A stretch of DNA of 64,000 bases, from positions 64,108,001-64,172,000 of the forward strand of contig OX597831.1 in assembly GCA_951406725.2 (NCBI GenBank). The letters run 5' to 3'. The DNA comes from Octopus vulgaris (taxonomy: Eukaryota). The notes under the pieces were generated by a model, which was not told where the DNA came from, ran no database searches, and was given only the letters and a program-made list of their open reading frames with translations. Positions 39,140 through 54,400 of the stretch are shown piece by piece. The position numbers and the translations under genes are program-made. Position 1 is the first letter of the stretch. Every line of letters begins with the position of its first letter.

Positions 39140-40150
39140 ATTATTGCTTGCAAGAAAGATTCTGCTCTTTGATAAAAACTCTACCAGAGTCAAAACGCTC
39201 AAACCACAGATTTTTCGATGTCAGAATAAAGTTGGTTGGTCGTCCAAAGATATTCACTATTTTTAGCCTAATTATTCCAGATGTACTAAAAAAATTAGCA
39301 AAATAATGTTTGATAGTATCCCAACATTGAAATGGATATATATTTAATACATTTAGTAATAATCTTCTTAATGTCTTTAAAACTCTCGTCTTAAACATCA
39401 ATGATATTATTATCGTAAATTTGAAAGATGTTGCCCGCAATTTTATAACAAATACAAACTTTGAAGCAAAGAAATTAAAAATTTGCATACATAATATGAG
39501 TAGAATCATTTTCACCTTGTCAGCGATCTTCATTGAGCAACTCTTTATTATAATAGCGCATTAGAAGCTAGAAGTATCAAAAGATAGATTATATATATAT
39601 ATATCTTACTTTCTGTTATTCAATATAAAGAAGAGACACTGCAACATCATATAATTCACACCTTCTTAAGTCTAATATTCTTAAAAAGTTCTATCACTGA
39701 TAGATAAACATTTCCCAAACAATAACCGCTACAGAAACCTAGCTAATGGAAACACTAAAAGATGAGTTAGAGCTGTACGCACAACATGAAAAATTGTGTA
39801 GCAATTAAACTAAGTTAACTGAAATGAGGAAACATGAAGCATCTTCTTCAATTTTGTAATGCCGAAGCGATTAAATATAAAAACGTGAAGTCACGTTCAC
39901 CAAACCGAACCTCAATGTAGAGTGGAAAGTAAAGTTGAACAACTTTGCTTCAATCGATACTTCTTCCTTCAGACATACAGAAAAGAAGAATATAACATTA
40001 TCCAACTACAACAGGATTTTGAAAGAACATAACACGTATTTTGATATAAAGGGAAAGCTACTTGAAAGACGTTGATCACATAGAACAAAACGATGCGATT
40101 ATTATACAGCCTCATACTAGATAAATAGTATTACACATGGTTTAATTAGA
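39140..40150 (+). mobile_element. Penelope-like (Neptune-type) RT to GIY-YIG relic
   Basis: LLFDK..FFDV, FLSLIDKHFPNNNRY..S*SCTHNMK and SSFRHTEKKNITLSNY motifs, heavily disrupted. Confidence 0.7.
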
Positions 40151-40393
40151 GGATGGTAGATATTTACTTAAATATTGACACTTTGAAAGAACCTTTGAAG
40201 CCTACAATACCACTGGATTAAAAATAGATTAGCACTAACGTTAAACCATGCAATTCTAGTTCTACATATCAATTAACCTTCTCAAATGTAGTATGGGTCT
40301 TATAGCCCTTTTCTATTCCTCATAAATTTCAATATTGCTTTTTTCTAAACCAACCTCAACGTTTAATTATCATTCACTTTTTGTTCATTCGAG

Positions 40394-40468
<75 letters not shown>

Positions 40469-40549
40469 ACACACGCACGCTGGCGATTCTAAATTTTTTT
40501 TCAAATTGAGCTGGAACTTGGAAACCTCTTTGAAAATATATTCCATATA

Positions 40550-40589
40550 TATATAATATAAATCCCGTTCTCTGTGTGTGTGGGTGGGT

Positions 40590-40625
<36 letters not shown>

Positions 40626-41560
40626 GATTATCACGGCCATAATTTTCAACTGATTTTTTCCAAACTGGGAACATACATTACTTATGTTCCAGGGGTGGTT
40701 TTAGACTCTTAAAATTTTTCAATTAATGAGTAACGGGCCCCTGGGGAAGAAGGCATATGGTCCTGGATTACGTATAAAAAGGAGGTAACTCTTTGTGAAG
40801 TAACTTTTAGAAATTGGTTGTCTCCCTTACATCCATTGGTCAAAAATTGTCACAATCTCATCTAATATGTCAAATACATATATGTGCTTTTCACGCTAAA
40901 GCGGCTTCACCAATTGTTTCCATACTTGTGATGTGTGAATTATTTGACCTCGGACACATGTTAGACTCGTCATTTGATTTTTTTTTTTTATTAAAAATAA
41001 AAAACATTGCTTTTTGAAAGTTTTTAAAATATTTACTTCCGCTTTTCTAGCGTCAGTGACGTCTATAACTATCTATATCTCCCTATCCATCTCTCTCTAT
41101 CTATCTCTACCTATCTATATGTCTCTATATCTCTCTGTCAATATCTCTCTATCCATCTCTATCACTATATCTATCTATCTATCTGCATCTATCTGTCTAT
41201 ATCTTATCTATCTATCTATCTATCTATATCTATCTTATTTGTCTAACTAACTAGCTCATTCTATCTCTGTCTCCCTCTCTATATATCTCACTCACATTCG
41301 ATTGTTTTCACTTTCATTTCTCAAACTCAATTGTTTTCACTTTAAGTTCAATTGCTATTGTTTTCACAGTAAGTTTTCAATCGCTATTTACAAACAACGA
41401 CGACAAATTACTGACAGAAAGAAGTTCACAATTAATGATAAAAGTAATTTCATACATAATTTACTGACAGAAGTAACTTCATAAATTTCACTTTAATCCG
41501 TTAAATTTGCCTACAAATTTCATATATACTTTTGCAATGTTTTGTGTGTTTTTTTTGTTG
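40550..41560 (+). mobile_element. Helitron/HINE-like relic
   Basis: TATATAATATAAA start, (GT)n, TTTTCAACTGATTTTTTCCAAACT; ~120-bp unit at 41440-41560 repeated at 42305-42430. Confidence 0.4.
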
Positions 41561-41569
41561 ACGGAATTC

Positions 41570-41850
41570 ATCATCGTCATCATCATCATCATCATCCTCA
41601 TCATCATCATCGTCATCCTTTAACGTCCGCTTTCCACGCTGACATGGGTTGGACGATTTGACTGAGGACTGGTGAACTGGATGGCTGCACCAGGCTCCAA
41701 TCTGATCTGGCAGAGTTTCTACAGCTGGATGTTCTTCCTAACGCCAACCACTCCGAGAGTGTAATGGGTGTTTTTACGTGCCACCGGTACGAGGGTCAGT
41801 CAGGCGGTACTGCAACGGCCACGCTCAAATGGTGTTTTTTACGTGCCACC
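41570..41850 (-). mobile_element. SINE/RTE-derived repeat with (GAT)n tail
   Basis: Minus strand GGTTGGCGTTAGGAAGAACATCCAGCTGTAGAAAC (RTE 5'UTR-like body) and tail GCGGACGTTAAAGGATGACGATG. Confidence 0.7.
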
Positions 41851-42195
41851 TCAGCATAGAGGAGCTCCCAGGGGCATCCTGTCATGAATTCCTCTGTTAT
41901 TGCCTAGAGGACTATGATAAATAGGAGAGGGCTAGGACTGAATCTTGGTGGACCCCCTACCTCTACCCGGAATTCTTCACTGTACTTGTTGCCAACCCTC
42001 ACTTTCCTGATAGCGTCCCGTACATGGCTTGCACAGCTCTCACTAACCATTCATCTATCCCTAGTTTCCTCATTGACCACCAGATAAGGGATCGGGGGAC
42101 CCTGTCAAAGGCTTTCTCTATGTCAACGAAAGCCAAGTACAGAGGTTTATCTTTGGCCAAGTATTTCTCCTGCAGCTGTCTTACCAGAAATATAG
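41851..42195 (-). mobile_element. RTE-clade reverse transcriptase fragment
   Basis: RQLQEKYLAKDKPLYLAFVDIEKAFDRVPRSLIWWSMRKLGIDEWLVRAVQAMY...FRVEVGVHQ. Confidence 0.9.
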
Positions 42196-42531
42196 CAGTG
42201 ATTCCTGATAGGCGGGGGCTTTCCTTGTCTTCATATTCTTAATTGCTTTATCTACCAAAGTACTGTTAATTTGGACAACTGGTCCCTCTGTTGAGTCGAC
42301 TACTAATAAAAATAAGTTCATAATTTACTGACAGAAGTAACTTCAAAAATTTCACTTAAATCCGTACACTTAGTTAATTTCCCTACAAATTTCTTATTTA
42401 CTTTTGCAACGGTTCTGTGTTTTTATTTTAACAGCTTTTTTCTGGGTCCTTCGATACATGGCTGCAGTCAAATGACTTAAACTAGTAAAATAATTAAAGA
42501 AAGACTATATATTATTATGTATGTGTGTATG

Positions 42532-42565
<34 letters not shown>

Positions 42566-42875
42566 AAGAAAGAGAGATGGAGAAAGATGGATGGTAGGTG
42601 AGAGAGAGAGAGAGATTCACTATTTTCAATATCGGAAGTGATTTATCTCGTCTGATTATGTGGCTGGCTCCGATTACCCGTCAACAGGGACGAAATTCAC
42701 ACGGCATTCTCAATAGTCAACCCTGAGATTATTTTTCGTCACATTCCGATATATATATTGTATATATAAAACACTGGGCCAAAAGTTGATGTAACTTGTC
42801 TGTCATTAGTCTGTATACATTATGTATGATGTAGAGATGGCTATTTTGATTCAGTTTCCTTTACCGAATTATTAC

Positions 42876-42908
<33 letters not shown>

Positions 42909-43105
42909 TCACTATGGACTTCGTGTGGGCAGTCATCTAAAAGTTTTTGTTCGTCATGATGCTGACATAAGTTCTTTGTCTTTCCTGGTGAGAAGACGGC
43001 ATAATGCACCCTTTATTCCTCCGGAATTAAGAATATGCAGTCTTCGAAACATATGACGAGAATAAAGGAATTTTGTTAAATCGTCGTTCGACTCCATTCT
43101 TTCAT

Positions 43106-43238
<133 letters not shown>

Positions 43239-43269
43239 TGTATGTATGCCTATATATATGTTTGTGTGT

Positions 43270-43637
43270 GGAGGCACAAAGGCAGCGGACTCGCGGTCGT
43301 AGGAGCGCGGTTTCGATTCCCACACTGGGTGTTTTGAGTGTTTATTGAGCGAAAACACTTAAATCTCTACGAGGTTCCGGCAGGAGATGGTGGCAAACTC
43401 TGGTGTACTCTTTCACCACAATCTGCTCTCCCTCTGTCTTCCTGTTTCTGTTGTACCTGTATTTCAAAGGGTCAGCCTTGTCACACCCTTTGTCACACTG
43501 AATCTCCCTAAGAATTACTTTAAGGGTACAAGTGCCTATGGAGTGCTCAGCTATTTGCACGTTAACTTCACGAGCGGGCTGTTCCGGTGATTGGATCAAC
43601 TGGAACCCTCGTCGTCGTAACCGACGGAGTGCCACAA
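43270..43637 (+). mobile_element. SINE family C, tail type 2 (A box deleted)
   Basis: Matches 12973-13355. Confidence 0.85.
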
Positions 43638-43648
43638 GCAGTTATACG

Positions 43649-43714
<66 letters not shown>

Positions 43715-44899
43715 TATATATGTGTGCGTGTATACATGCATTCATACATAAATTTATAAGGTTGTGCCTATGTATGTACATATAGACATTATGTATTGTA
43801 TGTAGGAACGTGCTTAATATATATGTGTGTATATATATGCATATGTGTGCGTATGTGTTTGTATGTGTGTGCCCTTTTATGAATTTATATGTATTGTGTA
43901 TTTAACAGTCAAGTCTCTTTCTGTCTAGGTTTTTGTAATAAAATTCTTTTTATCACCATGGCAGCTTGGAAGTTCGAGCTTGAGAATCTATTTAATCAAT
44001 AGAAATATATACTTTTAATTCATGTTACTCATTATATAATATAAACTTGCTTTTGTTTCGAAATTCGATAATTCACTTGTGCAATTTTTTTTTATATTCA
44101 GTTTTATTTTTTCTGATTTTTGTCCAAATGTATTGAAATTTAATGTGATATAGAATTTGTTTCCTCATACGTGTGTGTGTTTGTAATGTATGTTTGCATG
44201 TGTGTGAGTGTATGTGTGTGATGTGTGTTTATACGTGTGTGTGTGTGTGTGTGTATGTGTGTGTGTCCGTGTGTGTATTATCATGATGAAAGCCAAAACA
44301 ACTCAAATCACCGCCAACAATAACAACGAGGACAACTCTACAACAGTAATTGTAGAGACGTGTAGCAATATAAATCAGAACTGAAGTGAGTCTAAAAACT
44401 ACTGTTAGAAACGACAACCGGATATCTTGTTGTTTACACGTATGGTGGTCGTTTTCACTTTCTGCTATCTGCTCATATATAAGCGTACTAAGATTATGGT
44501 GTAGAAATGCCTGAAAGGAAGGTTAATAGAATGGGACCAGTCAGCAAAAAGAGTTTCTATGTTGCGTACATAGGTGTCGATATTTACGCCTTGTTCAAGC
44601 GTACTATATCAAGTTTTGTAGTAGCAGTGTTACTACGAAACAAATTCTAGATTTCAAATTTAGGAAGACTTTTCTCGACTCTTCTCCGAGACGTGAACAG
44701 CAGTGAAGGCAGCGCCTTCAGACTGGTCTCCAAATATGTTCTGGCTTGCGTGGAGCAGCCAAATTTCATGGTACATTTAGAAGCATTCTCATTAACAAAT
44801 CGCTTATTAGTGTTAGCGGATGACAGGAATATCTTCCTAGACGCACATTTTGCGTTAGTGTGAGGAACCGATAACAGTGTGGAGTGAAAAAGCCTCAAA

Positions 44900-44917
44900 T
44901 TATTATTATTATTATTA

Positions 44918-44981
<64 letters not shown>

Positions 44982-44991
44982 CATTATTATA

Positions 44992-45038
<47 letters not shown>

Positions 45039-45046
45039 TATTATTA

Positions 45047-45088
<42 letters not shown>

Positions 45089-45445
45089 GTTTTATAACGT
45101 GCTTTCACTTCACTACCGAGCGCAGCTCTATGTGCCTTGAGTATGTGCTGTGGTTTGCTGTGATGCTCTGATGGTTACTGTACTGAAAGCGTTTTGCGTA
45201 GGATGTGTGCTGTGCCCAGTAGTGTAATTTTCTGTATATTATATATATTTGTAAGTCCTGGTGTTTTTGTTATATATTTGTCTGAATATTTTTTATCATA
45301 CCTAATGCACCCACTATGATAGGAATTGTTTCTGTTTTTACACTCCACATTCGAGTTACCTCTATTTCCAGGTCTTTGTATTTTGAAGGCTTCTCCATTT
45401 CTTTTAGAGAAACGTTATCTGCTGGTAGTGATACATCAATTAGTA
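44900..45445 (-). mobile_element. R4/Dong LINE 3' end with (TAA)n tail
   Basis: LIDVSLP..N...KE.EK.SKYKDL..E...MW......PIIVGALG...IQKITLLGTAHILRK (REL endonuclease C-terminus) followed by long (TAA)n. Confidence 0.9.
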
Positions 45446-45514
45446 AGCATTTGGGTGTGGGTGGGGGAGAGAGCAGCGCATGCAATTAAAGTGACACTGG
45501 GGTACATATATATG

Positions 45515-46082
45515 TGACACATATGTGCGTGACACGGTGATTTAATAGCAAGATAAACAGCACATGACCTAGCAGGTTGGGCCCAGGCAAAATTTTCTTT
45601 AGGTGGAGTAGCCCATCTCACTCAAAATGTCTCTGAATAGGGTATGTTTAAAGATGTTGAACGAAACACTCATGTTCCCAAATATGAATTATCCAAACCC
45701 CAAAGAATTCCTCTCAACACATGGCTATGATGCTCCCCTACTACTTCTGCTCGTGATCAGAGATGCACGTATCGTCAGTCACTAAGGGTCATGCTCTAAG
45801 GGTCATGCTCGACAATTGACAAGCAAATCTGTGGTATTAAGCAGAATATTTGCTGTAGCCCATCTTTTATACCAAGACAAAACAATGTACATGATAACAC
45901 TTCCAATCAGTTAAGATCAGAAACCACAAGAGCCACTGTCTTGTACTGCATCAGGGCACTGAGCAGAATATTTGCTGTAGCCCATCTTTTATACCAAGAC
46001 AAAACATATACATAACACTTCCAATCAGTTAAGATCAGAAGCCAAGAGAGCCACTTCCTGTTGCTGCAAAAGAGCATTTAGC

Positions 46083-46175
<93 letters not shown>
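45515..46175 (+). mobile_element. Interspersed SINE-like repeat with duplicated 3' ~120 bp and (TTA)n tail
   Basis: GCAGAATATTTGCTGTAGCCCATC...GAGCCACT unit at ~45841 and ~45963; (TTA)n follows. Confidence 0.55.
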
Positions 46176-46626
46176 TGCTTATTTATTTTTTATTTATTTT
46201 AATTCTTATTAGTAGTAGAAGCAGCAGTATTATTCGTGCTCTTATAGTGACTATTAATACATAGTTTCAAGAGGAAACTCCATGCGCGGAACTGAAAGCA
46301 GTAAAACTGTACTATTTAATAAACTGGCTATCAATCGCCTTATCGTCTGCTAGTTTCAAAAGAGCTCTGGAAAGGAGAGAGAAAGAAAGGCAAGATAAAA
46401 GGAAGAATGAACAAAAAAAAAACAGGAAAATAAGGAAAATAAAAAAATAAAATATAAAGGCAGAAAGAAAAAAAAAGACGTATTTTAATGTCAAAATACG
46501 TTAGAAACGTCTTGTTTAGCTTGGAGCTTTGATTCTCTGGTGATTAAACATTTCCAACATAATGTTGACACAAATGCAGAAATATGGTTATCGTTTTATT
46601 TTGTTTCGTCGGCAAATAATGATGGC

Positions 46627-46725
<99 letters not shown>

Positions 46726-46744
46726 GGTGGTGGTGGTGGTGGTG

Positions 46745-46815
<71 letters not shown>

Positions 46816-46866
46816 GGTGGTGGTGGTGGTGGTGGTATGGTGGTGGTGGTGGTGGTGGTGATGGTG

Positions 46867-46897
<31 letters not shown>

Positions 46898-46937
46898 CAG
46901 TAGTAGCAGTAGTAGTAGTAGTAGTAGTAATAGCAGC

Positions 46938-46996
<59 letters not shown>

Positions 46997-47020
46997 CAGC
47001 AGCAGCAGTAGTAGTTGTTG
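46627..47020. repeat. (TAG)/(TGG)/(CAG) microsatellite
   Basis: Direct tandem repeats. Confidence 0.95.
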
Positions 47021-47147
47021 TGTAAAGCATGTTACGAAGTGGTTACCGAACGTAACGGGAGGTCAGCTTAAACACGAACGCACCAACACATACATCCAGG
47101 CATGAAGCATATGTGCGTATGTGCGCGCGTATATGTGCGTGTGTGTG

Positions 47148-47203
<56 letters not shown>

Positions 47204-47209
47204 AGTGTG

Positions 47210-47242
<33 letters not shown>

Positions 47243-47529
47243 AAACGGGAAATGACGCAAAATACGTATTACAGTATATGAAAACTTTTTAAAAAATTGA
47301 CACAGTTATTTAACAGAAGCAGCACACATAATGAACGCGCGTAAATAACCGAATATGTGTATGTATGTTCATGTGTTTGCATGTGTGTGCGGAATCATGG
47401 TGCGTGGTGTGTATGTGTCACCCACTTAGCATGAGAGTCTAACATCTAGGTCGAATCACAGAAGCAAACAACCCCAATCGTATTCCACGCATTAATACGC
47501 ACATACGAACATTTATATATAGACATACT

Positions 47530-47564
<35 letters not shown>

Positions 47565-47580
47565 GTATACATATCCATCT

Positions 47581-47793
47581 CTACTCTAGGCACAAGGCCC
47601 GAAATTTTGGGGGAGCAGCCGATTAGATCGACCCCAGTACAAAACTGGTACTTGATCTATCGACCACGAAAGGAGCAGACGAAATACCTATTTCTTTACT
47701 GCCAACAAGGGGCTAAACACAGAGGGGACAAAGACAGACAAACGGATTAATTCTTTTCGCCCGGCGTGCTAACGGTTCTACCAGCTCGCCGCC
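47581..47793 (-). mobile_element. SINE family A, internally deleted
   Basis: Head GGCGGCGAGCTGGTAGAACCGTTAGCACGCCGGGCG and family-A 3' end. Confidence 0.8.
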
Positions 47794-47798
47794 TGTAC

Positions 47799-47909
<111 letters not shown>

Positions 47910-48005
47910 TAATCCAAACAAGAAAGCACAAAAAAACACAACAACGCGAGGACGTGGAACAAATAAAGTATTATTGGACGCTCAGGAAAGAAGGGAAGAA
48001 GGAGT

Positions 48006-48040
48006 GTTTAACGTTTCGAGCGGAGCTCTTCGTCGGAAAC
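48006..48040 (-). ncRNA. Minimal hammerhead-like motif (CCGACGA core variant) in a PLE repeat
   Basis: Minus strand GTTT-CCGACGA-A-GAGC-TCC-GCTC-GAAA-CG-TT-AAAC; self-complementary AACGTT stem III. Confidence 0.6.
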
Positions 48041-48122
48041 ATAGAAGAAGGGAAGACAGAGGAAAAAAATCTCCAACGGTACACACGAGGTCACATTTTG
48101 AATGACCGGAAGGAAAATCATA

Positions 48123-48545
<423 letters not shown>

Positions 48546-49440
48546 TGTATGTATGTATGTATGTATGTATGTATGTATGTATGTATGTATGTATGTATGT
48601 ATGTATGTATGTATGTATGTATATATGTATGTATGTATTATATATGCATGTACGTGTCTTAGTTTATTCCTGCTCATGTGTAACAAGTAGTAAACTAATT
48701 CGTTTCAGGTTATTTAGTATAAAATTCAGTGTGAGCGATAGTGTGTTGTGTTAGTAAGAGTCAATACAAGAGATAAAGCAAGGGGAAATAAACAGAATAT
48801 GTACACTGGTACAACAGACAAATTATGTAAAATACTAGGTTTTAGGCAGATCCTTTTAAATTATTCTCATTCCATAATATTTACAAATCTAATTCAGATT
48901 AAAAAAAATAACTCTTGAAGTTAAAAATAATCATACAAATGATAGTGTAATCTTTCTTTTTACTTTGTATATCCAATTATTTATTTTTTCTTTTTATTAT
49001 TATTCAAACCAGTTTGTGTTGAAATTATTCCCGCGCCGAGTTAAAAGATAACATTGTTCTTCAAAAGAAGCGTGACTTGTAAATGTTTCAATCTAACTGG
49101 TTGAAAATATAAGGAATATCGGAGTACAAAAATAAGAATTTAAAAAATGCGTTGTTAAAATGGATATTTTAGTAAATATACGAATCCTGTTGGTTAAAAA
49201 TACAACGTATATTGAGTTAAATAAATAAGAATAAAAGAAAGGAGTTGTCGAAATTTACATTTTGATTCTATATTTTGCACAAATCAAATCGTGTTTGACG
49301 TAGAGAGTATCGAACTCCTTCAAATAAATGCTTGAAGTTCTGAAAACAATATAGATTCCGTAGAAAAACAATATCCGTGAATTCCGAACGAAAGAAACGA
49401 TAATGGATGCAATAGCAATATACACAAAATGCTACACTGC

Positions 49441-49485
<45 letters not shown>

Positions 49486-49873
49486 TGTGTGTGAGTGCGT
49501 GTGTGTTTGTGTGTGTTTGCACTATTGGAGAGTTGCACTGTATATGTATGCGCATATATTTGTGTATGTGTGTGTGCGTGCATTTATATATGTGTGCGTG
49601 AGTATGCGTGTCAAACAAATTAACAAATGTGTGAACATATTACAATTAAATATACATTAAGAATGGTGTGTTAACTCGGACGAAAAAGAAAAACCTTATT
49701 TAACATTACAAGGAAGAAGATCAAAGGTAACGCGTAGTAATTCAACAAACAAGTTGAAACAACATGTCATTTAATTTATGAGAATGTTGAATAAGAAAAT
49801 AGACAGAAGTTCAGATAGTTTAAAATAGAAGAGGAGTAGGTTCGCAGTAAAAGCATAACTTATTTCACACAAA

Positions 49874-50044
49874 GGCGCGGGAGTGGCTGTGTGGTAAGTA
49901 GCTTACTTACTAATCACATGGTTCCGAGTTCATTCCCACTGCGTGGTACCTTGGGCAAGTGTCTTCTACTATAGCCTTGGGTCGACCAAAGCCTTGTGAG
50001 TGGATTTGGTAGACGGAAACTGAAAGAGGCCCGTCGTATATATG

Positions 50045-50101
<57 letters not shown>

Positions 50102-50310
50102 TTGTGTGTCTGTGTTTGTCCCCATCTCCCCCAACATCGCTTGACAACCGATGGTGGTGTGTTTACGTCCCCGTAACTTAGCGGTTCGGCAAAAGAGACC
50201 GACAGAATAAGTACTAGGCTTACAAATAATATGTCCTGGGGTCGATTTGCTCGACTAAAGGCGGTGCTCCAGCATGGCCGCAGTTAAATGACTGAAACAA
50301 GTAAAAGAGC
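49874..50310 (+). mobile_element. CORE-type tRNA SINE, family B, full length
   Basis: GGCGCGGGAGTGGCTGTGTGGTAAG head, GAGTTCATTCCC B box, ACCTTGGGCAAGTG CORE, internal microsatellite, tail. Confidence 0.9.
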
Positions 50311-50644
50311 AAAGAGCAAAGAGCATAACATAAAAAGGGTCTACAGAAAGTTTTCGGGATGACTTGACAAGGTTTTCCTGAAATAATGTAATTTTTAATA
50401 TTTTTTTTTGTCCTTTACTTTTATATCTGAAGAGCATTTATATTATCTTGAAGCAAGTTTCACTATTTTCTTCATGCTTGCATCTCAGTAGGTATGAGAG
50501 ATTAAACGAGTTAATTTTAGAAGAAACAACTAGACATGCCGTGATTATCTGTTGTATTGACTCTTACTAAAACAACACACAATCACTCACACTGAATTTT
50601 ATACTAAATAACCTGAAACGAATTAGTTTACCATTTGTTACACA

Positions 50645-50815
50645 TGAGCGAAATGCTTAGCGGTATTCCGTCTGTCTTTATGTTCTGAGTTCAAATTCCA
50701 CCGAGGTCGACTTTGCCTTTCATCCTTTCGTGCTCGATAAATCAAGTACCAGTTGTGTACTGCGGTTGATCTAATCGGCTGCTCCCCCAAAATTTCGGGC
50801 CTTGTGCCTAGAGTA
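50645..50815 (+). mobile_element. SINE family A (5'-truncated)
   Basis: GCGAAATGCTTAGCGG...GAGTTCAAATTCC...GTCGACTTTGCCTTTCATCC. Confidence 0.85.
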
Positions 50816-50832
50816 GAGATGGATATGTATAC

Positions 50833-50865
<33 letters not shown>

Positions 50866-51550
50866 AGAGTATGTCTATATATAAATGTTCGTATGTGCGT
50901 ATTAATGCGTGGAATACGATTGGGGTTGTTTGCTTCTGTGATTCGACCTAGATGTTAGACTCTCATGCTAAGTGGGTGACACATACACACCACGCACCAT
51001 GATTCCGCACACACATGCAAACACATAAACATACATACACATATTCGGTTATTTACGCGCGTTCATTATGTGTGCTGCTTCTGTTAAATAACTGTGTCAA
51101 TTTTTTTAAAAGTTTTCATATACTGTAATACGTATTTTGCGTCATTTCCCGTTTACACACTCACACACACTCACACATACACACACACACGCACACACAC
51201 ACACACGCACACATACGCGCGCACATATGCTTCATGCCTGGATGTATGTGTTGGTGCGCTCGTGTTTAAGCTGACCTCCCGTTACGTTCTGTAACCACTT
51301 CGTAACTTAGCAGTTCAGCAAAAAGAAGATAGATAGAATAAGGATTAGGCTTTAAAAAAACAAAGCACTGATGTCGATTTGTTCGATTAAATCCTTCAAG
51401 GTGATGCCTCATTGGCCGCACTCCAAAACAAATAAGTAAACATTGAGTAAAACAAATAAAAGATAAATGATGATATATAAAAATATATATATATATGTAA
51501 CATGTATGTGTGTGTGTGTGTGTGTAACATATATATACATATATATATAC

Positions 51551-51621
<71 letters not shown>

Positions 51622-51626
51622 GTATG

Positions 51627-51717
<91 letters not shown>

Positions 51718-52079
51718 ATATATGGTTCCAGCTAAGAACAGCTGTGTCAGGAGTTTCTGAACTGCACCCACTTTAGAGTTTCAAATTATCGTTAATGAAC
51801 ACAAGAACAAATTTGGAGAGCATATATGAAGGACCACATTGCAAAGAAAATATCATCGTAAGATGCAAAGACAACTCTACCAAAGCTATAAATGTAACAC
51901 AAATCCTACGATGCCCTCTTCGTTATGTCAATGGGGAAGATGAACATCACCTTGGAATACCATATACAGGATCAAATGCTTCAAAATCGATCTCCTTCGA
52001 AATAATTCATTCAATCCTCAACATCTTGCAAGTCAGCTTTTTTTGCAATTAATATTTGCTTAGATGCAATTTGAGAGAT

Positions 52080-54400
52080 TGTGCTAAATTTGAATAAAAA
52101 AGAGATAAGGACAGACTTTTATATGCATTTGGTTCTTCAATTTTATTGATAGCTCTCGGTAGATCCTTGAATGATTACGGAGTGACAGGACATAGGTTCG
52201 GCAGTTTGACCGACCAGAGCTCTTTTGACATTCACATGCAACTCCAAATAAAAATAAATTAAAGAATTGCTCCTTCTGGGGCAAACATATATACACAAGC
52301 AAAATCTCGCATCCAGTATTTTCCACTTAAAAACTGAAATTATGGATTTAGTTAGAAAGTGTCAATTACTTGGATCGATCAGGTATCACATGTATGCAAT
52401 GGAATGGCAAATATGAAGTCCCGCCAGATGATCTTGATAACCATCATGTTAACCATCTTGATCTGGTTAACAAATAAGTTTCACTCCAATAAAACTGACT
52501 ATATCGTATCAAGAGAGCTATCGGGGACCAAATGCAGTTCAATATTGTTAAAATCCAAATGGCTTTTGGCTCCTATGTTGCCTTCAGCATGAATTGACCT
52601 TGTAATGAAGAGAAAAAATGCACCAAACGGTTTTCAAAGCCATATGTCAAGGAAGCTTAAACCGGTGACTCCCTCTTAAGGAAGATCATCAGAGGATGAG
52701 CTTCCAAGTATTATTTAAAGAGCATGAAATTGACAGTAGAAGGATACTTTCCAACTGGCTGCTCTGGGCCAAGACAGTCAACGCACATATACATGTTGAG
52801 TTTTGCAAACCAATAAAGTCCAGTAAATATGTTTGAAAATATATCAGGGTCTCTGGCGCTACAAGCTTTGCTCTAACAGAGAAAAGCAACTCTGGTGTAG
52901 TTACTGTATTCTGACAGTGACGACACATCAGCAGCAGTGGAGGCGCAATGGCCCAGTGGTTAGGGCAGCGGACTCGCGGTCGGAGGATCGCGGTTTCGAT
53001 TCCCAGACCGGGCGTTGTGTGTGTTTATTGAGCGAAAACACTTAAAGCTCCACGATGCTCCGGCAGGGGGTGGTGACGACCCCTGTTGTACTCTTTCGCC
53101 CCAACTTTCTCTCACTCTTCCTGTTTCTTGTCCCCGACTTCCTACGCAACCGCTGAACCTGAACACGCATTCATCCATCTGTCGATGCTCTCGGTGTCGG
53201 GGGTTGACCTGCTTTCTCTTCTGCGGGTCTTACGAATAGCAAAGGACCACGTTTCGGACTTCTTCCACTGGGACGAAGACCGCTTCGCTCAGCAAACAAA
53301 CAAACAAACATCAGCAGCAATGAGGCTTTCTGACGCTTTTACGTTTCTTAATCATGACAGATGCATTAGCATTTAACAACCTACTGTTAACTTCTAAACT
53401 GACGAACGAGTTTACTTCACTTCGGAGACTCCTACAGAGCAAACACAACATCCGAGATATACAACGCTCGCAGCCTTTTTTAAGTTATGTCAGCATAATC
53501 TCTTTGCAAAAACTGTTGAAGGCTATCTCCTGATATAAAATTTGACAGTGCCATTGTAACAGTGTATACTGCATACGCCAGTCAACATGAATGCTTCTTG
53601 TTGCGACTTCTAAAGGAAGTGCGAGGTTTAAACTTCATTTCAAGATCTTCGAACAAAAAATTGCGACGTCTGCACTACCTCCATGCTCTAAACTTGGATT
53701 ACTAGAGAATGATGACCAGTAGGATAAAACCTTTTCAGAAGCATCTGTGTCTTATACAGCTTAGAGTATTAGGATTCTTTTCACTATAACATTAAGATGC
53801 TGTGATCAATCCAGTCCACTTCAGCTTTGTCTCAAGAATCGCAAAAACCTCGCTGAAGATTTCAAGGTTCAATCTCAACAAGTATACCCCGGCATAGAAA
53901 TAGGATTCACGGATGAAATCCGTTATGCAGTCCTTAATGAGATTGAGAAGAAGGTCAGGGGCATATTTGGAGAAGAACTTCAAACATATAGCTTCACCCT
54001 GTCTTATCATAATGTAGTCAAAATCCCGTCAGTATAAATTTTGAGAAGACATCGTATAACAGCATATACCAATGACAACCAACACAATGTTAAGCAAAGG
54101 GTAGTCTATTCTGCTTATTTTGACATGGTCCAGGGACATAAAGGTGGGATTTGCTTTCTTGATGCTACTGGAGATATTAGAAAGATAATCCTGCTCAATC
54201 CCTTTGTTGCTTAAGACTGTCAAAATAAAAGCAGAACTATTACTGTTGCCTCCTCAGATATTGTTTCCAAACTCCCAATGGTGAGGGTGGGACATACAGC
54301 TCTATCTGGACTTGAGCACAATTAATGCATCTGTTTTTTAACATTGCCAACTCGACAACTCTTTAAGAACTGCCATCTGATTCCGGGATGAAGGCACAAC
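52080..54400 (-). mobile_element. Degenerate Tx1/L1-like LINE ORF2 relic, interrupted by a SINE
   Basis: FMSLDHVKISRIDY.LL..VL...G (LDQEKAFDRV-like) and IRQGEAI (RQGCP-like) at ~53950-54150; many stops. Confidence 0.5.
52939..53307 (+). mobile_element. SINE family C, tail type 3
   Basis: Intact head, distinct tail ending (CAAA)n; TSD ACATCAGCAGCA. Confidence 0.9.

Noticed and set aside
46540-47030. Poly-Ser/Gly/Val and poly-Thr/Pro ORFs
   Set aside because: Trinucleotide microsatellite open in several frames; the same applies to the poly-I/N/Y/V ORFs elsewhere.
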